Below the pieces are notes generated by a model. It searched no databases. It was given only the letters and a program-made list of their open reading frames with translations, and was not told where the DNA came from. This document shows, one piece after another, positions 38,301 to 52,033 of a stretch of DNA of 64,000 nucleotides; the first letter of the stretch is position 1; the number at the start of each line of letters is the position of its first letter. Source of the stretch: the human T2T-CHM13v2.0 reference genome, Homo sapiens; the NCBI RefSeq assembly GCF_009914755.1, contig NC_060925.1, one strand, 5' to 3'. Both the position numbers and the translations under genes were made by a program.

Positions 38301-41300
38301 TGTGTGTTCAACTCACAGAGTTTAACCTTTCTTTTCAAGAGCAGTTAGTAAACACTCTGTTTATAAAGTCTGCAAGTGGATATTCAGACCCCTTTGAGGC
38401 CTTCGTTGGAAACAAGATTTCTTCATATTATGCTAGACAGAAGAATTCTCAGTAACTTCCTTGTGTTGTGTGTATTCAACTGACAGAGTTGAACTTTCAT
38501 TTAGAGAGAGCAGATTTGAAACACTGTTTTTGTGGAATTTGCAAGTGGAGATTTCAAGCGCTTTGGGGCCAAAGGCAGAAAAGGAAATATCTTCGTATAA
38601 AAACTAGACAGAATCATTCTCAGAAACTGCTGTGTGATGTGTGCGTTCAACTCTCAGAGTTTAACTTTTCTTTTCATTCAGCGGTTTGGAAACACTCTGT
38701 TTGTAAAGTCTGCACGTGGATATTTTGACCACTTAGAGGCCTTCGTTGGAAACGGTTTTTTTTCATGTAAGGCTAGACAGAAGAATTCCCAGTAACTTCC
38801 TTGTGTTGTGTGCATTCAACTCACAGAGTTGAACGTTCCCTTAGACAGAGCAGATTTGAAACACTCTATTTGTGCAATTTGCAAGTGTAGATTTCAAGCG
38901 CTTTAAGGTCAATGGCAGAAAAGGAAATATCTTCGTTTCAAAACTAGACAGAATCATTCCCACAAACGGCGTTGTGATGTGTTCGTTCAACTCACAGAGT
39001 TTAACCTTTCTGTTCATAGAGCAGTTAGGAAACACTGTTTGTAAAGTCTGTAAGTGGATATTCTGACATCGTGTGGCCTTCGTTGGAAACGGGATTTCTT
39101 CATATTCTGCTAGACAGAAGAATTCTCAGTAACTTCCTTGTGTTGTGTGTATTCAACTCACAGAGTTGAACGATCCCTTACACAGAGCAGACTTGAAACA
39201 CACTTTTTGTGGAATTTGCAAGTGGAGATTTCAGCAGCTTTGAGGTCAATGGTAGAAAAGGAAATATCTTCGTATAAAGACTAGACAGAATGATTCTCAG
39301 AAACTCCTTTGTGATGTGTGCGTTCAACTCACAGAGTTTAACCTTTCTTTACATAGAGCAGTTAGGAAACACTCTGTTTCCAAAGTCTGCAAGTGGATAT
39401 TCAGACCTCTTTGAGGCCTTCGTTGGAAACGGGATTTCTTCATATTCTGCTAGACAGAAGAATTCTCAGTAACTTCCTTGTGTTGTGTGTATTCAACTCA
39501 CAGAGTTGAACTATCCTTTACGGAGAGCAGACTTGAAACACTCTTTTTGTGGAATTTGCAAGTGGAGATTTCATCCGCTTTGAGGTCAATGGTAGAATAG
39601 GAAATATCTTCCTATAGAAACTAGACAGAATGATTCTCATAAACTCCTTTGTGATGTGTGCGTTCAACTCACAGAGTTTAACCTTTCTTTTCATAGAGCA
39701 GTTAGGAAACACTCTGTTTGTAAAGTCTGCAACTGGATATTCAGACCTCTTTGAGGCCTTCGTTGGAAACGGGATTTCTTCATATTCTGCTAGACAGAAG
39801 AATTCTCAGTAACTTCCTTGTGTTGTGTGTATTCAACTCACAGAGTTGAACGATCCTTTACACAGAGCAGACTTGAAACACTCTTTTTGTGGAATTTGCA
39901 AGTGGAGATTTCAGCCGCTTTGAGGTCAATAGTAGAAAAGGAAATATCTTCGTAGAAAAACTAGACAGAATGATTCTCAGAAACTCCTTTGTGATGTGTG
40001 TGTTCAACTCACAGATTTTAACCTTTCTTTTCATAGAGCAGTTAGTAAACACTCTGTTTATAAAGTCTGCAAGTGGATATTCAGACCCCTTTGAGGCCTT
40101 CGTTGGAAACGGGATTTCTTCATATTCTGCTAGACAGAAGAATTCTCAGTAACTTCCTTGTGTTGTGTGTATTCAACTCACAGAGTTGAACGATCCTTTA
40201 CACAGAGCAGACTTGAAACACTCTTTTTGTGGAATTTGCAAGTGGAGATTTCAGCCGCTTTGAGGTCAATGGTAGAATAGGAAATATCTTCGTATAAAGA
40301 CTAGACAGAATGATTCTCAGAAAATCCTTTGTGATGTGTGCGTTCAACTCACAGAGTTTAACCTTTCTTTTCATAGAGCAGTTAGGAAACACTCTGTTTG
40401 TAAAATCTGCAAGTGGATATTCAGACCTCTTTCAGGCCTTCGTTGGAAACGGGATTTCTTCATATTATGCTAGACAGAATAATTCTCAGTAACTTCCTTG
40501 TGTTGTGTGTATTCAACTCACAGAGTTGAACGATCCTTTACAGAGAGCAGACTTGTAACACTCTTTTTGTGGAATTTGCAAGTGGAGATTTCAGCCGCTT
40601 TGAGGTCAATGGTAGAATAGGAAATATCTTCCTATAGAAAGTAGACAGAATGATTCTCATAAACTCCTTTGTGATGTGTGCATTCAACTCACAGAGTTTC
40701 ACCTTTCTTTTCATAGAGCAGTTAGGAAACACTCTGTTTGTAAAGTCTGCAAGTGGATATTCAGACCTCCTTGAGGCCTTCGTTGGATACGGGATTTCTT
40801 CATATTCTGCTAGACAGAAGAATTCTCAGTAACTTCCTTGTGTTGTGCGTATTCAACTCACAGAGTTGAACGATCCTTTACACAGAGCAGACTTGAAACA
40901 CTCTTTTTGTGGAATTTGCAACTGGAGATTTCAGCCGCTTTGAGGTCAATGGTAGAATAGGAAATATCTTCCTATAGAAATTAGACAGAATGATTCTCAT
41001 AAACTCCTTTGTGATGTGTGCGTTCAACTCACAGAGTTTAACCTTTCTTTTCATAGAGCAGTTAGGAAACACTCTGTTTGTAAAGTCTGCAAGTGGATAT
41101 TCAGACCTCTTTGAGGCCTTCGTTGGAAACGGGATTTCTTCATATTCTGCTAGACAGAAGAATTCTCAGTAACTTCCTTGTGTTGTGTGTATTCAACTCA
41201 CAGAGTTGAACGTTCCTTTACACAGAGCAGACTTGAAACACTCTTTTTGTGGAATTTGCAAGTGGAGATTTCAGCCGCTTTGAGGTCAATAGTAGAAAAG

Positions 41301-43869
41301 AAAATATCTTCTTAGAAAAACTAGACAGAGTGATTCTCAGAAACTCCTTTGTGATGTGTGTGTTCAACTCACAGAGTTTAACCTTTCTTTTCAAGAGCAG
41401 TTAGTAAACACTCTGTTTATAAAGTCTGCAAGTGGATATTCCGACCCCTTTGAGTCCTTCGTTGGAAACGGGATTTCTTCATATTATGCTAGACAGAAGA
41501 ATTCTCAGTAACTTCCTTGTGTTGTGTGTATTCAACTGACAGAGTTGAACTTTCATTTAGAGAGAGCAGACTTGAAACACTGTTTTTGTGGAATTTGCAA
41601 GTGGAGATTTCAAGCGCTTTGGGGCCAAAGGCAGAAAAGGAAATATCTTCGTATAAAAACTAGACAGAATCATTCTCAGAAACTGCTGCGTGATGTGTGC
41701 GTTCAACTCTCAGAGTTTAACTTTTCTTTTCATTCAGCGGTTTGGAAACACTCTGTTTGTAAAGTCTGCACGTGGATATTTTGACCACTTAGAGGCCTTC
41801 GTTGGAAACGGGTTTTTTTCATGTAAGGCTAGACAGAAGAATTCCCAGTAACTTCCTTGTGTTGTGTGCATTCAACTCACAGAGTTGAACGTTCCCTTAG
41901 ACAGAGCAGATTTGAAACAATCTATTTGTGCAATTTGCAAGTGTAGATTTCAAGCGCTTTAAGGTCAATGGCAGAAAAGGAAATATCTTCGTTTCAAAAC
42001 TAGACAGAATCATTCCCACAAACTGCGTTGTGATGTGTTCGTTCAACTCACAGAGTTTAACCTTTCTGTTCATAGAGCAGTTAGGAAACACTCTGTTTGT
42101 AAAGTCTGTAAGTGGATATTCTGACATCTTGTGGCCTTCGTTGGAAACGGGATTTCTTCATATTCTGCTAGACAGAAGAATTCTCAGTAACTTCCTTGTG
42201 TTGTGTGTATTCAACTCACAGAGTTGAACGATCCTTTACACAGAGCAGTCTTGAAACACTCTTTTTGTGGAATTTGCAAGTGGAGATTTCGGCCGCTTTG
42301 AGGTCAACGGTAGAAAAGGAAATATCTTCGTATAAAGACTAGATAGAATGATTCTCAGAAACTCCTTTGTGATGTGTGCGTTCAACTCACAGAGTTTCAC
42401 CTTTCTTTTCATAGAGCAGTTAGGAAACACTCTGTTTGTAAAGTCTGCAAGTGGATATTCAGACCTCCTTGAGGCCTTCGTTGGAAACGGGATTTCTTCA
42501 TATTCTGCTAGACAGAAGAATTCTCAGTAACTTCCTTGTGTTGTGTGTGTTCAACTCACAGAGTTGAACGATCCTTTACAGAGAGCAGACTTGAAACACT
42601 CTTTTTGTGGAATTTGCAAGTGGAGTTTTCAGCCGCTTTGAGGTCAATGGTAGAAAAGGAAATATCTTCGTATAAAGACTAGACAGAATGATTCTCAGAA
42701 ACTCCTTTGTGATGTGTGCGTTCAACTCACAGAGTTTAACCTTTCTTTTCATAGAGCAGTTAGGAAACACTCTGTTTGTAAAGTCTGCAAGTGGATATTC
42801 AGACCTCTTTCAGGCCTTCGTTGGAAACGGGATTTCTTCATATTATGCTAGACAGAATAATTCTCAGTAACTTCCTTGTGTTGTGTGTATTCAACTCACA
42901 GAGTTGAACGATCCTTTACACAGAGCAGACTTGAAACACTCTTTTTGTGGAATTTGCAAGTGGAGATTTCAGCCGCGTTGAGGTCAATGGTAGAATAGGA
43001 AATATCTTCCTATAGAAACTAGACAGAACGATTCTCAGAAACTCCTTTGTGATGTGTGCGTTCAACTCACAGAGTTTAACCTTTCTTTTCATAGAGCAGT
43101 TAGGAAACACTCTGTTTGTAAAGTCTGCAAGTGGATATTCAGACCTCTTTGAGGCCTTCGTTGGAAACGGGATTTCTTCATATTCTGCTAGACAGAAGAA
43201 TTCTCAGTAACTTCCTTGTGTTGTGTGTATTCAACTCACAGAGTTGAACGATCCTTTACACAGAGCAGACTTGAAACACTCTTTTTGTGGAATTTGCAAG
43301 TGGAGATTTCAGCCGCTTTGAGGTCAATAGTAGAAAAGAAAATATCTTCGTAGAAAAACTAGACAGAATGATTCTCAGAAACTCCTTTGTGATGTGTGTG
43401 TTCAACTCACAGAGTTTAACCTTTCTTTTCCTAGAGCAGTTAGTAAACACTCTGTTTATAAAGTCTGCAAGTGGATATTCAGACCCCTTTGAGGCCTTCG
43501 TTGGAAACGGGATTTCTTCATATTATGCTAGACAGAAGAATTCTCAGTAACTTCCTTGTGTTGTGTGTATTCAACTGACAGAGTTGAACTTTCATTTAGA
43601 GAGAGCAGATTTGAAACACTGTTTTTGTGGAATTTGCAAGTGGAGATTTCAAGCGCTTTGGGGCCAAAGGCAGAAAAGGAAATATCTTCGTATAAAAACT
43701 AGACAGAATCATTCTCAGAAACTGCTGCGTGATGTGTGCGTTCAACTCTCAGAGTTTAACTTTTCTTTTCATTCAGCGGTTTGGAAACACTCTGTTTGTA
43801 AAGACTGCACGTGGATATTTTGACCACTTAGAGGCCTTCGTTGGAAACGGGTTTTTTTTCATGTAAGGC

Positions 43870-46800
43870 TAGACAGAAGAATTCCCAGTAACTTCCTTGT
43901 GTTGTGTGCATTCAACTCACAGAGTTGAACGTTCCCTTAGACAGAGCAGATTTGAAACACTCTATTTGTGCAATTTGCAAGTGTAGATTTCAAGCGCTTT
44001 AAGGTCAACGGCAGAAAAGGAAATATCTTCGTTTCAAAACTAGACAGAATCATTCCCACAAACTGCGTTGTGATGTGTTCGTTCAACTCACAGAGTTTAA
44101 CCTTTCTGTTCATAGAGCAGTTAGGAAACACTCTGTTTGTAAAGTCTGCAAGTGGATATTCAGACCTCCTAGAGGCCTTCGTTGGAAACGGGATTTCTTC
44201 ATATTCTGCTAGAAAGAAGAATTCTCAGTAACTTCCTTGTGTTGTGTGTATTCAACTCACAGAGTTGAACGATCCTTTACACAGAGCAGACGTGAAACAC
44301 TCTTTTTGTGGAATTTGCAAGTGGAGATTTCAGCCGCTTTGAGGTCAATGGTAGAAAAGGAAACTATCTTCATATAAAGACTAGACAGAATGATTCTCAG
44401 AAAATCTTTTGTGATGTGTGCGTTCAACTCACAGAGTTTAACTTTTCTTCTCATAGAGCAGTTAGGAAACACTCTGTTTGTAAAGTCTGCAAGTGGATAT
44501 TCAGACCTCTTTGAGGCCTTCGTTGGAAACGGGATTTCTTCATATTATGCTAGACAGAAGAATTCTCAGTAACTTCCTTGTGTTGTGTGTATTCAACTCG
44601 CAGAGTTGTAGGATCCTTTACAGAGAGCAGGCTTGAAACACTCTTTTTGTCGAATTTGCAAGTGGAGATTTCAGCCGCTTTGAGGTGAATGGTAGAATAG
44701 GAAATATCTTCTTATAGAAACTAGACAGAATGATTCTCATAAACTCCTTTGTGATGTGTGCGTTCAACTCACAGAGTTTAACCTTTCTTTTCATAGAGCA
44801 GTTAGGAAACACTCTGTTTGTAAAGTCTGCAAGTGGATATTCAGACCTCCTTGAGGCCTTCGTTGGAAACGGGATTTCTTCATATTCTGCTAGACAGAAG
44901 AATTCTCAGTAACTTCCTTGTGTTGTGTTTATTCAACTCACAGGGTTGAATGATCCTTTACACAGAGCAGACTAGAAACACTCTTTTTGTGGAATTTGCA
45001 AGTGGAGATTTCAGCCGCTTTGAGGTCAATGGTATAAAAGTAAATATCTTCGTATAAAGACTAGACAGAATGATTCTCAGAAACTCCTTTGTGATGTGTG
45101 CGTTCAACTCACAGAGTTTAACTTTTCTTTTCATAGAGCCGTTAGGAAACACTCTGTTTGTAAAGTCTGCAAGTGGATATTCAGACCTCTTTGAGGCCTT
45201 CGTTGGAAACGGGATTTCTTCATATTCTGCTAGACTGAAGAATTCTCAGTAACTTCCTTGTGTTGTGTGTATTCAACTCACAGAGTTGAACGATCCTTTA
45301 CACAGAGCAGACTTGAAACACTCTTTTTGTGGAATTTGCAAGTGGAGATTTCAGCCGCTTTGAGGTCAATAGTAGAAAAGGAAATATCTTCGTAGAAAAA
45401 CTAGACAGAATGATTCTCAGAAACTCCTTTGTGATGTGTGTGTTCAACTCACAGAGTTTAACCTTTCTTTTCATAGAGCAGTTAGTAAACACTCTGTTTA
45501 TAAAGTCTGCAAGTGGATATTCAGACCCCTTTGAGGCCTTCGTTGGAAACGGGATTTCTTCATATTCTGCTAGACAGAAGAATTCTCAGTAACTTCCTTG
45601 TGTTGTGTGTATTCAACTGACAGAGTTGAACTTTCATTTAGAGATAGCAGATTTGAAACACTGTTTTTGTGGAATTTGCAAGTGGAGATTTCAAGCGCTT
45701 TGGGGCCAAAGGCAGAAAAGGAAATATCTTCGTATAAAAACTAGACAGAATCATTCTCAGAAACTGCTGCGTGATGTGTGCGTTCAACTCTCAGAGTTTA
45801 ACTTTTCTTTTCATTCAGCGGTTTGGAAACACTCTGTTTGTAAAGTCTGCACGTGGATATTTTGACCACTTAGAGGCCTTCGTTGGAAACGGGTTTTTTT
45901 CATGTAAGGCTAGACAGAAGACTTCCCAGTAACTTCCTTGTGTTGTGTGCATTCAACTCACAGAGTTGAACGTTCCCTTAGACAGAGCAGATTTGAAACA
46001 CTCTATTTGTGCAATTTGCAAGTGCAGATTTCAAGCGCTTTAAGGTCAACGGCAGAAAAGGAAATATCTTCGTTTCAAAACTAGGCAGAATCATTCCCAC
46101 AAACTGCGTTGTGATGAGTTCGTTCAACTCACAGATTTTAACCTTTCTGTTCATAGAGCAGTTAGGAAACACTCTAGTTGTAAAGTCTGCAAGTGGATAT
46201 TCAGACCTCCTAGAGGCCTTCGTTGGAAACGGGATTTCTTCATATTCTGCTAGACAGAAGAATTCTCAGTAACTTCCTTGTGTTGTGTGTATTCAACTCA
46301 CAGAGTTGAACGATCCTTTAAACAGAGCAGACTTGAAACACTCTTTTTGTGGAATTTGCAAGTGGAGATTTCAGCCGCTTTGAGGTCAATGGTAGAAAAG
46401 GAAACTATCTTCATATAAAGACTAGACAGAATGATACTCAGAAAATCTTTTGTGATGTGTGCGTTCAACTCACAGAGTTTAACTTTTCTTCTCATAGAGC
46501 AGTTAGGAAACACTCTGTTTGTAAAGTCTGCAAGTGGATATTCAGACCTCTTTGAGGCCTTCGTTGGAAACGGGATTTCTTCATATTATGCTAGACAGAA
46601 TAATTCTCAGTAACTTCCTTGTGTTGTGTGTATTCAACTCACCGAGTTGTAGGATCCTTTACAGAGAGCAGGCTTGAAACACTCTTTTCGTCGAATTTGC
46701 AAGTGGAGATTTCAGCCGCTTTGAGGTGAATGGTAGAATAGGAAATATCTTCTTATAGAAACTAGACAGAATGATTCTCATAAACTCCTTTGTGATGTGT

Positions 46801-47271
46801 GCGTTCAACTCACAGAGTTTAACCTTTCTTTTCATAGAGCAGTTAGGAAACACTCTGTTTGTAAAGTCTGCAAGTGGATATTCAGACCTCCTTGAGGCCT
46901 TCGTTGGAAACGGGATTTCTTCATATTCTGCTAGACAGAAGAATTCTCAGTAACTTCCTTGTGTTGTGTTTATTCAACTCACAGAGTTGAATGATCCTTT
47001 ACACAGAGCAGACTTGAAACACTCTTTTTGTGGAATTTGCAAGTGGAGATTTCAGCCGCTTTGAGGTCAATGGTAGAAAAGTAAATATCTTCGTATAAAG
47101 ACTAGACAGAATGATTCTCAGAAACTCCTTTGTGATGTGTGCGTTCAACTCACAGAGTTTAACCTTTCTGTTCATAGAGCAGTTAGGAAACACTCTGTTT
47201 GTAAAGTCTGCAAGTGGATATTCAGACCTCCTTGAGGCCTTCGTTGGAAACCGGATTTCTTCATATTCTGC
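43870..47271 (+). repeat. Partial 12-mer (2041 bp period) duplication
   Basis: ORF offsets 43937/45978, 44257/46298, 44618/46659 and 44958/46999 are 2041. Shared variants: GACCTCCTAGAGG, GTTGTAGGATCC, GAGGTGAATGG, GTGTTTATTC, AAGTAAATATC. Confidence 0.85.
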
Positions 47272-50200
47272 TAGACAGAAGAATTCTCAGTAACTTCTTT
47301 GTGTTGTGTGTATTCAACTCACAGAGTTGAACGATCCTTTACACAGAGGAGACTTGAAACACTCTTTTTGTGGAATTTACAAGTGGAGATTACAGCCGCT
47401 TTGAGGTCAATGGTAGAAAAGGAAATATCTTCGTATAAAGACTAGACAGAATGATTCTCATAAACTCCTTTGTGATGTGTGCGTTCAAATCACAGAGTTT
47501 AACTTTTCTTTTCATAGAGCAGTTAGGAAACACTCTGTTTGTAAAGTCTGCAAGTGGATATTCAGACCTCTTTGAGGCCTTCGTTGGAAACGGGATTTCT
47601 TCATATTATGCTAGACAGAAGAATTCTCAGTAACTTCCTTGTGTTGTGTGTATTCAACTCACAGAGTTGAACGATCCTTTACACAGAGCAGACTTGAAAC
47701 ACTCTTTTTGTGGAATTTGTAAGTGGAGATTTCAGCCGCTTTGAGGTCAATGGTAGAATAGGAAATATCTTCCTATAGAAACTAGACAGAACGATTCTCA
47801 GAAACTCCTTTGTGATGTGTGCGTTCAACTCACAGAGTTTAACCTTTCTTTTCATAGAGCAGTTAGGAAACACTCTGTTTGTAAAGTCTGCAAGTGGATA
47901 TTCAGACCTCTTTGAGGCCTTCGTTGGAAACGGGATTTCTTCATATTCTGCTAGACAGAAGAATTCTCAGTAACTTCCTTGTGTTGTGTGTATTCAACTC
48001 ACAGAGTTGAACGATCCTTTACACAGAGCAGACTTGAAACACTCTTTTTGTGGAATTTGCAAGTGGAGATTTCAGCCGCTTTGAGGTCAATAGTAGAAAA
48101 GGAAATATCTTCGTAGAAAAACTAGACAGAATGATTCTCAGAAACTGCTTTGTGATGTGTGTGTTCAACTCACAGAGTTTAACCTTTCTTTTCCTAGAGC
48201 AGTTAGTAAACACTCTGTTTATAAAGTCTGCAAGTGGATATTCAGACCCCTTTGAGGCCTTCGTTGGAAACGGGATTTCTTCATATTATGCTAGACAGAA
48301 GAATTCTCAGTAACTTCCTTGTGTTGTGTGTATTCAACTGACAGAGTTGAACTTTCATTTAGAGAGAGCAGATTTGAAACACTGTTTTTGTGGAATTTGC
48401 AAGTGGAGATTTCAAGCGCTTTGGGGCCAAAGGCAGAAAAGGAAATATCTTCGTATAAAAACTAGACAGAATCATTCTCAGAAACTGCTGCGTGATGTGT
48501 GCGTTCAACTCTCAGAGTTTAACTTTTCTTTTCATTCAGCGGTTTGGAAACACTCTGTTTGTAAAGACTGCACGTGGATATTTTGACCACTTAGAGGCCT
48601 TCGTTGGAAACGGTTTTTTTTTTCATGTAAGGCTAGACAGAAGAATTCCCAGTAACTTCCTTGTGTTGTGTGCATTCAACTCACAGAGTTGAACGTTCCC
48701 TTAGACAGAGCAGATTTGAAACACTCTATTTGTGCAATTTGCAAGTGTAGATTTCAAGCGCTTTAAGGTCAATGACAGAAAAGGAAATATCTTCGTTTCA
48801 AAACTAGACAGAATCATTCCCACAAACTGCGTTGTGATGTGTTCGTTCAACTCACAGAGTTTAACCTTTCTGTTCATAGAGCAGTTAGGAAACACTCTAT
48901 TTCTAAAGTCTGTAAGTGGATATTCTGACATCTTGTGGCCTTCGTTGGAAACGGGATTTCTTCATATTCTGCTAGACAGAAGAATTCTCAGTAACTTCCT
49001 TGTGTTGTGTGTATTCAACTCACAGAGTTGAACGATCCTTTACACAGAGCAGACTTGAAACACTCTTTTTGTGGAATTTGCAAGTGGAGATTTCAGCCGC
49101 TTTGAGGTCAATGGTACAAAAGGAAACTATCTTCATATAAAGACTAGACAGAATGATTCTCAGAAAATCTTTTGTGATGTGTGCGTTCAACTCACAGAGT
49201 TTAACTTTTCTTCTCATAGAGCAGTTAGGAAACACTCTGTTTGTAAAGTCTGCAAGTGGATATTCAGACCTCTTTGAGGCCTTCGTTGGAAACGGGATTT
49301 CTTCATATTATGCTAGACAGAATAATTCTCAGTAACTTCCTTGTGTTGTGTGTATTCAACTCACAGAGTTGAAGGATCCTTTACAGAGAGCAGGCTTGAA
49401 ACACTCTTTTTGTCGAATTTGCAAGTGGAGATTTCAGCCGCTTTGAGGTCATTGGTAGAATAGGAAATATCTTCTTATAGAAACTAGACAGAATGATTCT
49501 CAGAAACTCCTTTGTGATGTGTGCGTTCAACTCACAGAGTTTAACCTTTCTTTTCATAGAGCAGTTAGGAAACACTCTGTTTGTAAAGTCTGCAAGTGGA
49601 TATTCAGACCTCTTTGAGGCCTTCGTTGGAAACGGGAGTTCTTCATATTCTGCTAGACAGAAGAATTCTCAGTAACTTCCTTGTGTTGTGGGTATTCAAC
49701 TCACAGAGTTGAACGATCCTTTACACAGAGCAGACTTGAAACACTCTTTTTGTGGAATTTGCAAGTGGAGATTTCAGCCGCTTTGAGGTCAATAGTAGAA
49801 AAGGAAATATCTTCGTAGAAAAACTAGACAGAATGATTCTCAGAAACTCCTTTGTGATGTGTGTGTTCAACTCACAGAGTTTAACCTTTCTTTTCATAGA
49901 GCAGTTAGTAAACACTCTGTTTATAAAGTCTGCAAGTGGATATTCAGACCCCTTTGAGGCCTTCGTTGGAAACGGGATTTCTTCATATTATGCTAGACAG
50001 AAGAATTCTCAGTAACTTCCTTGTGTTGTGTGTATTCAACTGACAGAGTTGAACTTTCATTTAGAGAGAGCAGATTTGAAACACTGTTTTTGTGGAATTT
50101 GCAATTGGAGATTTCAAGCGCTTTGGGGCCAAAGGCAGAAAAGGAAATATCTTCGTATAAAAACTAGACAGAATCATTCTCAGAAACTGCTGCGTGATGT

Positions 50201-52033
50201 GTGCGTTCAACTCTCAGAGTTTAACTTTTCTTTTCATTCAGCGGTTTGGAAACACTCTGTTTGTAAAGTCTGCACGTGGATATTTTGCCCACTTAGAGGC
50301 CTTCGTTGGAAACGGGTTTTTTTCATGTAAGGCTAGACAGAAGAATTCCCAGTAACTTCCTTGTGTTGTGTGCATTCAACTCACAGAGTTGAACGTTCCC
50401 TTAGACAGAGCAGATTTGAAACACTCTATTTGTGCAATTTGCAAGTGTAGATCTCAAGCGCTTTAAGGTCAATGGGAGAAAAGGAAATATCTTCGTTTCA
50501 AAACTAGACAGAATCATTCCCACAAACTGCGTTGTGATGTGTTCGTTCAACTCACAGAGTTTAACCTTTCTGTTCATAGAGCAGTTAGGAAACACTCTGT
50601 TTGTAAAGTCTGCAAGTGGATATTCAGACCTCCTTGAGGCCTTCGTTGGAAACGGGATTTCTTCATATTCTGCTAGACAGAATACTTCTCAGTAACTTCC
50701 TTGTGTTGTGTGTATTCAACTCACAGAGTTGAACGATCCTTTACACAGAGCATTCTTGAAACACTCTTTTTGTGGAATTTGCAAGTGGAGATTTCAGACG
50801 CTTTGAGGTCAATAGTAGAAAAGGAAATATCTTCGTAGAAAAACTAGACAGAATGATTCTCAGAAACTCCTTTGTGATGTGTGTGTTCAACTCACAGAGT
50901 TGAACCTTTCTTTTCATAGAGCAGTTAGTAAACACTCTGTTTATAAAGTCTGCAAGTGGATATTCAGACCTCCTTGAGGCCTTCGTTGGAAACGGGATTT
51001 CTTCATATTCTGCTAGACAGAAGAATTCTCAGTAACTTCCTTGTGTTGTGTGTATTCAACTCACAGAGTTGAACGATCCTTTACACAGAGCAGACTTGAA
51101 ACACTCTTTTTGTGGAATTTGCAAGTGGAGATTTCAGCTGCTTTGAGGTCAATGGTAGAAAAGGAAATATCTTCGTATAAAGACTAGACAGAATGATTCT
51201 CAGAAACTCCTTTGTGATGTGTGTGTTCAACTCACAGAGTTTAACTTTTCTTTTCATAGAGCCGTTAGGAAACACTCTGTTTGTAAAGTCTGCAAGTGGA
51301 TATTCAGACCTCTTTGAGGCCTTCGTTGGAAACGGGATTTCTTCATATTATGCTAGACAGAAGAATTCTCAGTAACTTCCTTGTGTTGTGTGTATTCAAC
51401 TCACAGAGTTGAACGATGCTTTACACAGAGCAGACTTGAAACACTCTTTTTGTGGAATTTGCAAGTGGAGATTTCAGCCGCTTTGAGGTCAATGGTAGAA
51501 AAGGAAATATCTTCGTATAAAGACTAGACAGAATGATTCTCAGAAACTCCTTAGTGATGTGTGCGTTCAACTCACAGAGTTTAACCTTTCTGTTCATAGA
51601 GCAGTTAGGAAACACTCTGTTTGTAAAGTCTGCAAGTGGATATTCAGACCTCCTTGAGGCCTTCGTTGGAAACGGGATTTCTTCATATTCTGCTAGACAG
51701 AAGAATTCTCAGTAACTTCCTTCTGTTGTATGTATTCAACTCACAGAGTTGAACGATCCTTTACACAGAGCAGACTTGAAACACTCTTTTTGTGGAATTT
51801 GCAAGTGGAGATTTCAGCCGCTTTGGGGTCAATGGTAGAAAAGGAAATATCTTCGTAGAAAAACTAGACAGAATGATTCTCAGAAACTCCTTTGTGATGT
51901 GTGTGTTCAACTCACAGAGTTTAACCTTTCTTTTCATAGAGCAGTTAGTAAACACTCTGTTTGTAAAGTCTGCAAGTGGATATTCAGACCTCTTTGAGGC
52001 CTTCGTTGGAAACGGGAGTTCTTCCTATTCTGC

